Positions 31,918 to 47,593 are shown, numbered from the stretch's first letter. The stretch: DNA of 64,000 bases from Eledone cirrhosa (GCA_964016885.1 OZ024754.1:36208001-36272000), one strand, 5' to 3'. Notes: generated by a model not told the origin, from the letters alone. Numbers and translations: made by a program.

Positions 31918-31950
31918 TACGAGGGTCGACTGAAAGGTTCACAGGCGGCT
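31918..31950 (+). mobile_element. Tc1/mariner-like terminal inverted repeat remnant
   Basis: TA-CGAGGGTCGACTGAAAGGTTC resembles mariner TIR starts; no partner TIR identified. Confidence 0.4.
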
Positions 31951-31994
31951 GACTGTAAAGTAGTGGATCTTGGCTGCATTAATTTCAACACTTT

Positions 31995-32715
31995 TAACTT
32001 TGACTTTCATCCTTACGGGGGTCGATAAAATAAAATACCAGTAATGTACTGGGTAATTTGCTGGCCTTGTGCCAAAAGTAGAAACAGTTAATTTCAACAC
32101 TTCATATTAATAACTGCATTGTTCCTTTCCAAGGACTATATTGAAAAATAAACCTCATCTGGGCACCCCATGAGAGTATCTTGGTCATCCTAGGATGATA
32201 ATAATAATAATAAATGTTTCTACTTTTGGCACAAGGCCAGCAATTATCACTGGGATTACTGGTGCTTTATTTTATCGGCCCCGTAAGGATGAAAGGCAAA
32301 GTATCTACCGATACTGCCAATCCACAAAATAATAATAATAATTGTTTCTACTTTTGGCATAACGCCAGCAATTATTCCAGTACATTACTGGTACTTTATT
32401 TCATCGACCCCGTAAGGATGAAAGGCAAAGGTAACCTCGGCGGGATTTGAACTCAGATCGTAAAAGGACATAACTATGCTGGAAAGCATGGCGTCCGACC
32501 CTCTACCGATACGATACTGCCAATCCACTTGTTTCTACTTTTGGCATAACGCCAGCAATTATTCCAGTACATTACTGGTACTTTATTTTATCGACCACGT
32601 AAGGATGATAGGCAAAGTTAACCTCGGTGCGATTTGAACTCAGAATGGCAAGGGCCGTAACTCTATGCGTCAAAGCATAGTGTCCGACCCTCTACCGATA
32701 CTGCCAATCCACCAA
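31995..32715 (-). mobile_element. Cluster of Nin-type SINEs (one + fragment, three - copies)
   Basis: Core motif repeated at about 32010, 32270, 32400 and 32580. Confidence 0.8.
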
Positions 32716-33031
32716 TAATTGATCACTGCAATGTAAAAGAAGTGTTATAATGCAACGTGACGTGTTCAATGTTCTCTCTTAAAGCAATGGTCAGGTGAAC
32801 GCGATGATGACTTCAAGAAATAGAGCTGTTCATGTGTAGCGTAGCGTTGGGGGCTGGTTATAATTTTAATAACTTCACAGATTTTTATTATTGGGACTAG
32901 TCGATAATAAACTTTTCATTAAAGCATCACTTATTTTTAGATATTTGTGGCCTTTGAACTTATGCAGGGTGATCGAACGCATTGTATGTTAATCTATATC
33001 TGCCTTTATCTATCTATCAATCAAACAATCG

Positions 33032-33114
<83 letters not shown>

Positions 33115-33191
33115 CGTAGTGTTGTCATGCGTGAAGACACTTCAAAACGGAAAAAGAAGTTGACATATATATATATATATATATGTGTGTG

Positions 33192-33255
<64 letters not shown>

Positions 33256-33550
33256 CGTGTATGTATTGTTACAAATTATCGATGCTTGCAGAATTTTTAC
33301 AGCATTAAGTTTATATTGCTAAATGTGCTGGAAACTGGGTTATCTCCCTTTCTTTCATCTCAGACACTGACCTGAAAGGGTTCGAACTCAAAATCACGAA
33401 CCATCAAACTGTAACGTTAAATATTTAATCAATTTGGTTCCAAACCACTACAATATCATTGTCATTCCTACTGCTGGAATATATATATACATATTAATGT
33501 ATATATATATATATTCATATATACATATATATTCATTTATATATATATAT

Positions 33551-33654
<104 letters not shown>

Positions 33655-33903
33655 TACAATAACAGAGATAGTTTAAAGCTAATCTCTGACTGGTAACCAT
33701 CTCACTCAACAAACATTAGGTTATATTTTAATATAAACCCAATTTAAGTGTTTGTGGTGCTAACAATATGTATTATGTGGAAAAGCCAGTTGTATTATTT
33801 TATGAGATATAATTAAAGTTAAAATATATCTCTCTTTCCAAACAATTGTTTCATTATAAGTTTTCTACAAATTCGGAGAATATTTCCAGTTTATGTAGAA
33901 GCC

Positions 33904-33993
<90 letters not shown>

Positions 33994-34544
33994 CAAGGAT
34001 GTGCCGACCATATAACAGTCTGAGGGTAGTGAAGTCTCAAATAAGAACAGTAAACCTTTTCCAAATTTAAAGTTTTTAATAATATTTCATTGTTTTCGAG
34101 GTTTACCGTTTGAGAAGCTCGGGTTGTCATAACAGACAATCCTCATCGAAATATACATTAAGGACTTTAATAAACCCAAACGAAATGTATATGGCCCCGG
34201 ATTTCTAAGTAATTCTCTTCAATAAATTTTGTGGAATAGTTCTACCTGTAAGCTGTCCGGATACATGATAGTTGTCTTGGTATGTTCGAATATATGAATT
34301 TATACTTTTGGTTGAGTTCTGTGAACCATACTATTTTAATCAGTATTTTCTCCACCCTGGAGGTTTCTGTCCCTTGTCATTTGAACACATATAGTTATAT
34401 ATCTGTGTTCGTCTCTCTTTACTGTATTATAAGGCACGGAAAACTTTCTTTTTTAGCTATTTTATTGATAGGGGTCTATTGGGAGTTTTAGCTCAATATA
34501 TACTTTTGATATATATATATATATATATAGATAGATTTTCAGTA

Positions 34545-34865
34545 TATGTTGGTTGTATACCAACACGTCAGTATGCAGATTGGAGCACTCGACGAATTGC
34601 GCAGGTTGGTTTGGTTACTCCGGAGTAATGTAAAATAAAATAAAATAAATAAGTCAAATGTTTAAAATTTAGCTTCGTTTATTACTGCTATATATATTTC
34701 GGTGACAGCCATCTTTGGCTGTGACCTCTTCAGGCAGTCCGAATTAGTGTGGTGTAGACAAGTACATATGCTGTTGAGGTGTATAATTTTGTCAATACTC
34801 TGATATGCCCAGTTCCTGGTTGGGTTGTTATTTCACATAGGAACTGGAATCATATGTGACTCCAG
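34545..34865 (-). mobile_element. Family D hammerhead element; hammerhead at 34684-34738
   Basis: acugc-CUGAAGA-ggucacagcca(aaga)uggcugucacc-GAAA-uauaua-UA^gcagu on the minus strand. Confidence 0.8.
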
Positions 34866-34941
34866 TTCCCCACTGTCCCAGTCTTTTGTATTGTCCCCTA
34901 TATGTCGGCCCTTGTGGCCAGTAAATGAAATCATTATTATT

Positions 34942-35323
34942 CGGTGGATTGGCAGTATCGGTAGAGGGTCGGACGCCATGCTTTGACGTATAGAGTTACA
35001 GCCCTTGCCATTCTGAGTTCAAATCCCGCTGAGGTTAACTTTGCCTTTCATCCTTACGGGGTCGATAAAATAAAGTACCAGTAATACACTGGTTATTTGC
35101 TGGCCTTGTGCCAAAAGAGTAGAAACAATTATTATTCGGTGGATTGGCAGTATCGGTAGAGGGTCGGACGCCATGCTTTGACGTATAGAGTTACGGCCCT
35201 TGCCATTCTGAGTTCAAATCCCGCCGAGGTTAACTTTGCCTTTCATCCTTACGGCGTCGATAAAATAAAGTACCAGTAATACACTGGGTATTTTCTGGCC
35301 TTGTGTAAAACGTAGAAACAATT
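34942..35323 (+). mobile_element. Two head-to-tail full-length Nin-type SINEs
   Basis: Near-identical ~190-bp units starting at 34942 and 35136. Confidence 0.88.
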
Positions 35324-35538
35324 AATGGGCTTTCTCCACAAATGTCCCTCGGAAGTCTCCCCCCTATTGGGGAATTTTTCTTTGTTATTTTATTACATCC
35401 TCTGTTTTTGTTTTTTACACGCAGAAATGCCCATTTGTACCGTCCTGCATTGTCCTGTACTGTCCTTAATGTCTACTTTATGTAAACCCTTGTGGTTAAT
35501 AAAGAAAACATTATTATTATTATTATTATTAATAATAA

Positions 35539-35604
<66 letters not shown>

Positions 35605-35809
35605 AACCATATATTACTAGTGTAAATATACATAACAGTGCTAGATGGAAAGTGTGTTTTGGTATAATGTGGAAAACTGCAGCTTGTGGCGTAGTCGGTA
35701 TTCAGCACTTAACATCTCTTCACAACCTCCAAAAGGACATGCAATGACTTCTCACTAGTGACTAACAGGAAAGTCTTGAATAATAGATGTCTGTTGAGTG
35801 TTTAAACGA

Positions 35810-36265
35810 ATGTATATATACATATATATATATATATGTATGTATATATGTATATATATGTAGATATATGTAGATATATATGTATATGTATATATATATG
35901 TATATATATGTATGTGTGTGTACATATACATATGTGTGTATATATGTATATGTATATATATGTAGATATATATATATGTATGTATATATATATATATATG
36001 TGTGTGTGCATATACATATATGTGTATGTATGTATATGTATATATATGTAGATATATATATGTGTGTGTGTACATATACATATATGTATGTATATGTATA
36101 TATATGTAGATATATATATATATATGTATATATATATGTGTGTTTACATATACATATATGTGTATATATGTATATGTATATATATGTAGATATTTATATA
36201 TATATGTATATATATATATGTGTGTGTGTACATATACATATATGTGTATATATGTATATATATGT

Positions 36266-36327
<62 letters not shown>

Positions 36328-36358
36328 AGATATACATATATGTATATGTATATATATG

Positions 36359-36393
<35 letters not shown>

Positions 36394-36447
36394 ACATATA
36401 CATATATGTATATGTATGTATATGTAGATATATGTAGATATATGTAG

Positions 36448-36479
<32 letters not shown>

Positions 36480-36600
36480 GTGTGTACATATACATATATG
36501 TATATGTGTATATATGTAGATATATATATATATATATATGTATATATATGTGTGTGTACATATACATATATGTGTATGTATGTATATGTATATATATGTA

Positions 36601-36633
<33 letters not shown>

Positions 36634-36729
36634 GTGTGTGTACATATACATATATGTGTATGTATGTATATATATATGTAGATATTTATATATATATATA
36701 TGTATATATATATGTGTGTGTACATATAC

Positions 36730-36765
<36 letters not shown>

Positions 36766-36864
36766 GTGTGTGTATATATACATATATATACATACAGGGT
36801 GTTCCCCAAAAATGTATACACTCTTGAATTAGAATGATGTTGAAGTGTGTATACATGTTTTGGA

Positions 36865-36947
<83 letters not shown>

Positions 36948-36948
36948 A

Positions 36949-37001
<53 letters not shown>

Positions 37002-37429
37002 CATATATAAAGAGGGAGGGAGAAATATGTGTTTGCATTTGAGTAATGCCCGAACAATACGGCACGCAAAATAATCGTTTAACTTCCAAGACTAAAGTTA
37101 CGTCTATACAGGTATATATTTTCCCACGTCTCCTTGTCCCCCTCCCCCTCACTCTACCCCCCCCCCACCCCCACCCACCCACCCCTCTCTCTATCTATCT
37201 ATCTCCCCCTCTCTCTCTTTCTATCCCTTTCTCTCGCTATATATATATATATATTTATATGTATATTATATATATGTGTATATTATATGTATTATATTGT
37301 ATATATATATGTGTGTGTATATTATATATATTATATTGTATATATATATACATATATATATATATAGGATGTATATAGGATATATATAGATATATAGGAT
37401 ATATATATATATATATAGGATATATATAT

Positions 37430-37491
<62 letters not shown>

Positions 37492-37700
37492 ATATATAGG
37501 ATATATATAGATATATAGGATATATATATATAGGATATATATATCCTATATATATATATATATAAATATATATATAGGATATATATATATATACAATATA
37601 TATAGGATATATATATATATATAGAATATATATATCCTATATATATATATATATATATATATAAATATATATATAGGATATATATATAATATACACGTGT
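35810..37700. repeat. (TA)n-dominated compound microsatellite region
   Basis: Directly visible. Confidence 0.92.
36793..36864. mobile_element. Tiny Tc1/mariner-like MITE remnant
   Basis: TACAGGGTGTTCCCCAAAAATGTATACACTCTT with inverted partner AAGTGTGTATACATGTTTTGG. Confidence 0.5.
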
Positions 37701-37990
37701 AAATGTGTATTATTGTACATATGTATGCACGACGCGTGATAAAAAGGAATTGTGTTTGACATTATCGGGTGGGGAGAGGGGTCGTGGTGGCAGCGACGGT
37801 GGCGGCGGCAATTGAGGTTGTGGTAGTTGTGGGGGGGGGGGTAATGGTGGTGATGGTGTCGGCGGCGGTGGTGGTGGTGGTAGTGTGTGTGTAGGGGGGG
37901 GGGGGTCATAAGAGTGAAAGAGAACACGTTTGTTTGTCTGTCTTTTGAGTGACTCACACTCGGTCGTACTCACTCCAACACCTTTAGGTA

Positions 37991-38023
<33 letters not shown>

Positions 38024-38374
38024 AGCCACCTAGACATATGCACATACAAACACACCTTATAGCATTCATCATATACCATATGCACCCCGAAGTTGTGAGA
38101 CGCCCCGTAGCAGCGAGCTCTTGTGTCATAGAGCTGACTGACTCATTGTGTCACTCGCCATTTCAGGACTAGTTGGTTTTCTTTCAGTCTCTCTGTCTAT
38201 TTATCTGTGTATTTTGTATCCCTGTTTGTCTGTTTATCTATCTGTCTGTCTGTCCGACTGTTTGTTTGTCTCTTTCACTGTCTGGCTACTTATTTGGATG
38301 GTCGTCTGTATTTATCTGTATTTATCTATCATCTATCTACATAACTGTCTATCTGTCTCTCATTATATCTGTTC

Positions 38375-38740
38375 ATAGTTACGTCCCTTTACGACCTGAG
38401 TTCAAATCCCGCCGAGGTTGATTTTGCCTTTCATTCTTACGAGGTCGATAAAATAAAGTACCAGTAATGTACTGATATCGATTTAATTGACTTTCAATTA
38501 CGCCCAATATTGTTGACGTTGTGTCTAAATGAGAAGCCATTTGCCTTTCATCCTTATGGAGTCGATAAAATAAAGTACCAGTAATGCACTGGGATCGATT
38601 TAATTGATTTTCCATTCCGCCCAATATTGTTGACCTTGTGTCTAAATGAGAAGCCATTTGCCTTACGGGGTCGATAAAATAAAGTACCAGTAATACACTG
38701 GTTTAATTGCTGGCCTTGTGCCAAAAGTAGAAACAATTAT
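38375..38740 (+). mobile_element. Nin-type SINE with internally triplicated core
   Basis: GTCGATAAAATAAAGTACCAGTAAT occurs three times, separated by ...TGTGTCTAAATGAGAAGCCATTTGCCTT. Confidence 0.8.
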
Positions 38741-38870
38741 TTTTTACGGAGTGAAATCCTTAATCGAATCAAATAAAGTTTACAGTTGGTGAGAGAGAGA
38801 GAGTGAGAGATAGAGATAGAGAGAGAGGGAGAGAGAGTGAGAGAGAGAGAGAGAGAGGGGGAGAGAGAGA

Positions 38871-38913
<43 letters not shown>

Positions 38914-39121
38914 TGCAAAGGTTGAAGTACTTCAGGGTGTGGACTAAAGGTTTTACAGTTGTTTAAGACGGGTTAGACGTGGTATTAAAGATTATCCTGG
39001 AAAGAGATACAATTTCTACGACTCCACAAGGAATTATAGGATCATTATACTATCTTAGGAGGTCTATGTATGTATGTATGTATGTATGTATGTATGTATG
39101 TATATACATACATATATACAT

Positions 39122-39560
39122 AAGAGTCAATGGCCATCCAAAATCACCGGGAGAGATGACCCCTTAGCCTTTGTCAAGGCAGAATTCTAGGAGAAGGAAA
39201 ACTCTGATATAACACCTGCAACCCTGATGGTATCCAATGATGTTGACTTGTTCTTCTTTTTGGTAAATATCATCTTGGTTAAGAGAGTGGGACTGACTTT
39301 GTGCATTGCCTTTGCTCACTATAAAAGCTTCACGGCACAGGCATTGCTTTATATCTGGAGATCTCTCTGCACTTGTCGTCACATGGTACCATGGGCCTAG
39401 CACGATGTGTCAATAATTGTCACAAGTGTAGTGTTTGTACCAGAGTTTTCAAGTCGCTGGCTGCACTAAAAAGTCACATTCGTTTAGCGCATCGGTAGGG
39501 GTTCTCCTACATGGATATAAAGTAGTGGCCGTACTCGAAAACGAGTTGGCAGCCACCATG
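39122..39560 (+). mobile_element. Second copy of the RTE-related non-autonomous element, ending in (TATG)n
   Basis: Reverse complement of 18698-19135, producing nearly identical spurious ORFs. Confidence 0.7.
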
Positions 39561-39926
39561 TAAATATGTATGTATGTATGAATGTATGTATGGATGTATG
39601 TATGTATGTATGTATGTATGTGGTGGACTGGCCAGGTTGCCAGGTTGCCCAAAGGCAAGTGGGCCCCAGGGGCCCCACGGTAGCATTGCAGAGCCCACTG
39701 TAATATTTTAGGGGCCAATGCTTAGCTTTCAAAAAATACCTGAAGTCTAAAAATACCTGACGTTTTAAAAAATAAATAAAACAATTAAGCAAAGCATTTG
39801 GCCAACAACACCACACCATTTTGTTTTGAAAATATTGAAAGTAGGTTTATAAGTATGAATTTTCAGTAGATTTTCATAGTTGTTTCATTGGCCTAGTGGT
39901 AGGTACTAGAGGCGATGGAAATCCCG

Positions 39927-39989
<63 letters not shown>

Positions 39990-39990
<1 letters not shown>

Positions 39991-40213
39991 TAATAATAAT
40001 AAGATTGAAGACTAAAATCCAAAGAGGGCTCGATAAGGAAAATATATATAAGAACCGTAGAGCAAATATTTATTAAAATAACAGATTAAAGTTTAAGCAA
40101 AGAATCGCTGCTTTCACCCTTAACGGGATCTTCTGAAACTAACAGATTGACTTTGTTAGTTTCAGAAGATCCCGTTAAGGGTGAAAGCAGCGATTCTTTG
40201 CTTAAACTTTAAT

Positions 40214-40217
<4 letters not shown>
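39990..40217. mobile_element. Fold-back family C copy in (TA)n
   Basis: Inverted arms AGATTAAAGTTTAAGCAAAGAATCGCTGC...CTGAAACTAACA / TGTTAGTTTCAG...AAACTTTAATCT. Confidence 0.8.
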
Positions 40218-40284
<67 letters not shown>

Positions 40285-40286
<2 letters not shown>

Positions 40287-40823
40287 CGAAGGAAATGTGG
40301 TAAGGAACCAGGTGGACCATAACGCACCAAAGTATTCAATACTTAGGGTAGTAGAGTGGGTAATAGGAACGAGTTTTAATCCAGAATTAGCCGTCGAAAC
40401 GGCTTGAGCTCAGCCGTCGGGGTCCCACTCGTTCCTATATATATATATATATACATATATATATAGGAATGAAAAATAGAGCAAGAAACAGGACTGTCCA
40501 TCATCAGTGATCTTCTGATCTATTTTTCATTCATATGTATCACATTCGCAACAACACAGCACGCCATTTTTTCATATATATATATATAGGAACAAATAAG
40601 ACCCCGACGGCTGAGCTCAAGCCGTTTCGACGGCTAATTCTGTACTGATATTATTGCTATTCTGTACTGATATTATTGCTATCACCAGTACAGAATTAGC
40701 CGTCGAAACGGCTTGAGCTCAGCCGTCGGGGTCCTACTCGTTCCTATTACCCACTCTACTACCCTAAGTATTGAGTACTTTGGTGCGTTATGGTCCACCT
40801 GGTTCCTTACCACATTTCCTTCG

Positions 40824-40826
<3 letters not shown>
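40285..40826. mobile_element. Composite of family B fold-back copies flanking a family F fragment (40468-40575)
   Basis: Family B at 40285-40436 and 40588-40826 in opposing orientations; hammerhead 3' half at 40705-40727. Confidence 0.75.
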
Positions 40827-40891
<65 letters not shown>

Positions 40892-40942
40892 ATATATATG
40901 GATATGGCACATGTCTCGGACATGACACCCTTAATTTAATTT

Positions 40943-40973
<31 letters not shown>

Positions 40974-41394
40974 TCTGTCTCTGTCACACACACACACACA
41001 CACACACATACTTACATATATATATATATATACATTCATACGCACACACACACACAAATATACTACCTACACCACCCTAACCACAACACCACCACCACCA
41101 CCACCACCACTACCAATAACAACGACGTCATCACATGACACAGCCCTTACCTCATCCTATATATTTGCTCTTCCTCAACAATTGTTATGGAGGACGATTT
41201 AATGGCCTTGACTGGGGGAGGGGGGAGGAGGAGGATGAGGGGGTACAGGAGGGGGTGAATGATGGGGGGAGGGGGAGGAGGAAGCGGAGGCAACATAAGA
41301 TGAGAGGAAGGACGAGAACCGTGACGGGTACAAGTGTACTCATAACACCACCTCACACCCCTCAATATTCAATGGGATTGTCCCTCCAACGTTC

Positions 41395-43535
41395 TTGTTG
41401 TTGCTGTTGCTGTTGTTGTTGCTGTTGTCGTTGTTGTTGCTGTTGTCGTTGCTGTTGCTGTTGCTGTTGTTGTTGTTGTTGTTGTTGTTGTTGCTGTTGC
41501 TGTTGTTGTTGTTGCTATTGTCGTTGTTGTTGTAGTTGTTGCTGTTGTTGTTGTTGTTGCTGTTGTCGTTGTGGTTGTTGTTGTTGTTGTTGTAGTTGTT
41601 GTTGTTGTTGTATTTGTTGTTGGCTATGGGTTGGTCTGTTGGTGCTGGCAGTGCTGGTGGTTTTTATTGTCGATGGTGTTGTTACTGTTGTTGTTACTGT
41701 TGTTGTTACTGTTGTTGTTGTTACTGTTGTTGGTGGTGTTGTTACTGTTGTTGTTACTGTTGTTGTTACTGCTGTTGTTGTTACTGTTGTTGGTGGTGTT
41801 GTTACTGTTGTTGTTACTGTTGTTGTTACTGTTGTTGTTGTTACTGTTGTTGTTACTGTTGTTGTTACTGCTGTTGTTGTTACTATTGTTGTTACTGTTG
41901 TTGTTACTGCTGTTGTTGTTACTGTTGTTGTTGTTACTGTTGTTGTTCAATATTTCTCTTTCCTTTTATGAAGTTGAAATCACAGAAACTTTTTTGCTGT
42001 CGCTGACTCATTACTGATTGGTGGAGGTTGTGGTGATAGTGATGGAGGTTGTGGTGGTGGTGGTCATGGAGGTTGTGGTGATAGTGATGGAGGTTGTGGT
42101 GATAGTGATGGAGGTTGTGGTGATAGTGATGGAGGTTGTGGTGGTGGTGGTCATGGAGGTTGTGTTGGTGGTGATGGAGGTTGTGGTGATAGTGATGGAG
42201 GTTGTGGTGATAGTGATGGAGGTTGTGGTGGTAGTGATGGAGGTTGTGGTGATAGTGATGGAGGTTGTGGTGGTGGTGGTGATGGAGGTTGTGGTGGTGG
42301 TGATGGAGTTTGTGGTGATAGTGATGTAGGTTGTGGTGATAGTAATGGAGTTTGTGGTGATGTTGATGGAGGTTGTGGTGGTGGTGGTGATGGAGGTTGT
42401 GGTGGTGGTGATGGAGTTTGTGGTGATGTTGATGGAGGTTGTGGTGGTGGTGGTGATGGAGGTTGTGGTGGTGGTGATGGAGTTTGTGGTGATGTTGATG
42501 GAGGTTGTGGTGGTGGTGGTGATGGAGTTTGTGGTGATAGTAATGGAGTTTGTGGTGATGTTGATGGAGGTTGTGGTGGTGGTGGTGATGGAGGTTGTGG
42601 TGGTGGTGATGGAGTTTGTGGTGATGTTGATGGAGGTTGTGGTGGTGGTGGTGATGGAGGTTGTGGTGGTGGTGATGGAGTTTGTGGTGATGTTGATGGA
42701 GGTTGTGGTGGTGGTGGTGATGGAGTTTGTGGTGATAGTAATGGAGTTTGTGGTGATGTTGATGGAGGTTGTGGTGGTGGTGATGGAGTTTGTGGTGATG
42801 TTGATGGAGGTTGTGGTGGTGGTGGTGATGGAGGTTGTGGTGGTGGTGATGGAGTTTGTGGTGATGTTGATGGAGGTTGTGGTGGTGGTGGTGATGGAGT
42901 TTGTGGTGGTGGTGATGGAGGTTGTGGTGGTGGTGATGGAGATTGTGGTGATAGTAATGGAGTTTGTGGTGATGTTGATGGAGGTTGTGGTGGTGGTGAT
43001 GGAGTTTGTGGTGATAGTAATGGAGGTTGTGGTGATGTTGATGGAGGTTGTGGTGGTGGTGGTGATGGAGGTTGTGGTGGTGGTGATGGAGTTTGTGGTG
43101 ATAGTAATGGAGGTTGTGGTGGTGGTGGTGATGGAGGTTGCGGTGGTGGTGATGGAGTTTGTGGTGATGGAGGTTGTGGTGGTGGTGGTGGTAGTAATGG
43201 AGGTTGTGGTGGTGGTGGTGGTGATGGAGGTTGTGGTGATAGTGATGGAGTTTGTGGTGATGGAGGTTGTGGTGGTGGTGGTGGTGATGGAGGTTGTGGT
43301 GGTGGTGGTGATGGAGGTTGTGGTGATAGTGATGGAGGTTGTGGTGGTGGTGATGGAGGTTGTGGAGGTGGTGATGGAGTTTGTGGTGATGTTGATGGAG
43401 GTTGTGGTGGTGGTGGTCATGGAGGTTGTGGTGGTGGTGATGGAGGTTGTGGTGATAGTGATGGAGGTTGTGGCGGTGGTGGTTGTCATGGAGGTTGTGG
43501 TGGTGGTGGTCATGGAGGTTGTGGTGTGGTGGTGG
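41395..43535. repeat. (GTT)n then (GTG/ATG)n compound repeats with higher-order units
   Basis: ATGGAGGTTGTGGTG(GTG)n reiteration; open in both orientations. Confidence 0.92.
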
Positions 43536-43624
43536 TCAGGGCAGTTAGTGGTGACAGTAATAATAGTTGATAGTGATGTTATATAATAACAATAACAACA
43601 ATAGCAATAATATCAAAATAACGG

Positions 43625-44020
43625 CAACAATTTTGAGGGAGAGGGAAGTCGATTAAATTCGACCCCAGTTCGTTACTGGTACTTTATTTTATAGACCCCG
43701 TAAAGATGAAAGGCAAAGTTAACTTCGGCGGGATTTGAACTCAGATCATAAAGTGCCGTAACTCTGTGCTGTAAAGCATGGCGTCCGACCCCCTACCGAC
43801 ACTGCCAATCTACAATACTAACAAATAATTGTTTCTACTTTAGGCACAAGGCCAGCAATTAACCAGTGCATTACTGGTACTTTATTTTATCGACCCCGTA
43901 AAGATGAAAGGCAAAGTTAACCTCGGCGGGATTTGAACTCAGAATGGCAAGGGTCGTAACTCTATGCGTCAAAGCATGGCGTCCGACCCCCTACTGACAC
44001 TGCCAATCCACAATACTAAC
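43625..44020 (-). mobile_element. Two tandem Nin-type SINEs
   Basis: Core and head motifs each occur twice. Confidence 0.85.
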
Positions 44021-44214
44021 AAATGATGAAATCAACAAACGAAATATATCAAAGCGGTGCTATGATGTGTCATTAAATATAACTATTATTTGCTAAATAT
44101 ATTTAAAAGTTTCAATATTTATAAGAGAAAATAAATATACGCATAATCGCACATCACACCATGCGTTTACAGACACGTGTGTATATATACACATGACACA
44201 TTCACACATACACA

Positions 44215-44258
<44 letters not shown>

Positions 44259-44513
44259 TATGTACACACATACGTTGTTGCAGTTGGTGTTGGTGTTGGT
44301 GTTTTCGTGTATTATTCCCATTGAGTGTCCCCCATAGACAAAATATATATGTGTCATCTCAACTATTTACTTTTCATGCAGTACAATAATGTCTTTTATA
44401 TCTAGCTGTCTTTTATCGGAAGATAGGGTTCTTATAGTGCCTTTGTCATATTTTCAGGGCACAAGCTGAGACTAAACGTTACTCTGAAATATATATTCCC
44501 ATCATCAATTTAC

Positions 44514-44590
<77 letters not shown>

Positions 44591-44642
44591 TCTCTCTATA
44601 TATATATATGTAAGTGTATATATATATATATATATGTATGTG

Positions 44643-44675
<33 letters not shown>

Positions 44676-44733
44676 ATATATATAACTATGTATATATATA
44701 TATATATACATGTGTATATATATATATATACAC

Positions 44734-44898
<165 letters not shown>

Positions 44899-45035
44899 AT
44901 ATATATAATATATATATATATATATAATATTGCCACACCTTTTCGCTACTTTAGCCCCACACAAAAATTGTAATTGAAAATTTTAAAACTATTACTCATA
45001 GAATACTCACAAAGCTCGTAGGGTGTTCATAAATA

Positions 45036-45169
<134 letters not shown>

Positions 45170-45444
45170 AAGAGCAGTGAATCAGAGTAACAGCAATGCA
45201 TTTAAGGTAAGATTAAATATAAAAGCAGAACACAGATTTAATATTTCGCTGAAAGGTATTAAATATTTCTTATATTTCAATTACAAACGCTCTTTATCAA
45301 TGTAGGAAAAGAAATGGAGGGTACATTTCGCTGCTGTGTTTGCTATACAAGAGTTGAAAGGACTGCGTTTTGTCGATGTGTGACAACTAAGGTCGAACAT
45401 TCTTTTCAATGGACTGTTTTCCTTCAGGAATAATCTTGTTTGTA

Positions 45445-45523
<79 letters not shown>

Positions 45524-45528
45524 GTGTG

Positions 45529-45573
<45 letters not shown>

Positions 45574-45592
45574 ATATATATACATATATATG

Positions 45593-45673
<81 letters not shown>

Positions 45674-45738
45674 ATATATATATATTTATATATATATATG
45701 TATGTATATATATATATATATATATATACATATATATG

Positions 45739-45820
<82 letters not shown>

Positions 45821-45825
<5 letters not shown>

Positions 45826-46120
45826 TAAAATAACAGATTAAAGTTTAAGCAAAGAATCGCTGCTTTCACCCTTAACGGGATCTTCTGAAACTAAAAAAGT
45901 CAATCTCCGGTTGCAACGTTTTTAGAAATATTTACTTCTGCGTTCACAGATTGACGTTTTTAGTTTCAGAAGCTCCCGTTAAGGGTGAAAGCAGCGATTC
46001 TTTGCTTAAAATTTAATCTGTTATTTTAATAAATATTTGCTCTACGGTTCTTATATATTTGATATATATTTATCCTTATCGAGCCCTCTTTGGATTTTAG
46101 TCTTCAAATTTATTATTATT
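45821..46120. mobile_element. Fold-back family C copy in (TA)n
   Basis: Arms 45821-45906 and 45948-46035; hammerhead-like relic CAGAAG(A/C)-tccc(gttaa)gggt-GAAA. Confidence 0.8.
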
Positions 46121-46122
46121 AC

Positions 46123-46157
<35 letters not shown>

Positions 46158-46180
46158 TTGTATGAATATATGCATTTATA

Positions 46181-46400
46181 TTGGTGCGGTTGAGTGGTTA
46201 TAGCTGTCCCCGGTTCGATGCGGTGGAATGGTTACAACGGCAACTGGTTCGGTGCGATGCTGTGGTTACAGCTGTACCCGGTTTGGTGCGATGGACTGGT
46301 TACAGCTGTACCCGGTTTGGTGCGATGGGGTGGTTACAACTACCCCCGGTTTGGTACAATGTTGAGGGTACAGCGGCACCCGGTTTGGTGCGATGGATTC
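46181..46400. repeat. About 35-bp diverged minisatellite, 6-7 copies
   Basis: CCCGGTTTGGTGCGATGG...TGGTTACAGCTGTA reiterated. Confidence 0.8.
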
Positions 46401-46595
46401 ACGAAGAACTGTAAGGAAAGGAAGGCTGTGTTGTAAATGGGAGTCTTAAAAGCCGAACATTTCCTGATAATATCAAAGCTACATTAAACCGCCTGAAGAT
46501 GTCGTTCTGTTGGAAGGTACCGAATAAAATCTCATGCAGTGAGAACTGTCTCATCTTTGTCTTTCTGAGAATCTGTCTGTGAGGGTATGTGTGAA

Positions 46596-46636
<41 letters not shown>

Positions 46637-46835
46637 GGGAGAGAGGGGGGAAAGAGAGAGATAGGGAGGGAGAGAGAGGGAGAGAGAGAGAGAGAGTTAT
46701 TGAGGATGTATGCACACATAAGCACACACAGAGGAATCTATAGCCTCTATGTCATACACACAAAAAATTCACGCAAAGACACACACACAGACATACACAC
46801 ACACACACACTCTATCTCTCTCTCTCTCACACACA

Positions 46836-46893
<58 letters not shown>

Positions 46894-46938
46894 TGTATAT
46901 ATATATATATACACATACATATATACACACACACACAC

Positions 46939-46971
<33 letters not shown>

Positions 46972-47030
46972 TATATACATATATGTATATATATATATAC
47001 ACATACATATACACACACACACACACACAC

Positions 47031-47077
<47 letters not shown>

Positions 47078-47092
47078 TGTATATATACATAC

Positions 47093-47134
<42 letters not shown>

Positions 47135-47593
47135 ATATATATATATATATATTATATTATATTATATTATATTTTATTATATGCACGGATTTGTATACAC
47201 TGTATGATAAAATAATAATAGTGATGTATATAAATAATTATATACATGTGAAAAGATTTCCAAAATCTTCCATTAATTTGTCTGATCGTATGTTTGTTGG
47301 TTTGTTAAATATTTATTTGAGCCCGTGGGGTGGTAGTGGAATCTTGGGTGGGAGGGGAGAAGTTCTCTTTCCTGTCTCTACAGGCATTCCATCTCTCACA
47401 TTGCAAATGTTTCATTGCCCTCATGGCAATGCACACATACATAAACAGTTCGAAACACACACACACACACACACAGTGAAACACACACACAGTGAACTAC
47501 CCAACCACACACACACATAGTGAAATACACACACACACAGTGAAATACACTCACACACACAGTGAAACACATACACAGACACGTTCTATATAT

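Noticed and set aside
42011-43586. 500-aa Thr/Ser-rich mucin-like ORF (-) and 417-aa Val-rich ORF (+)
   Set aside because: Compound trinucleotide repeat lacking stops on both strands; no flanking non-repetitive coding sequence seen
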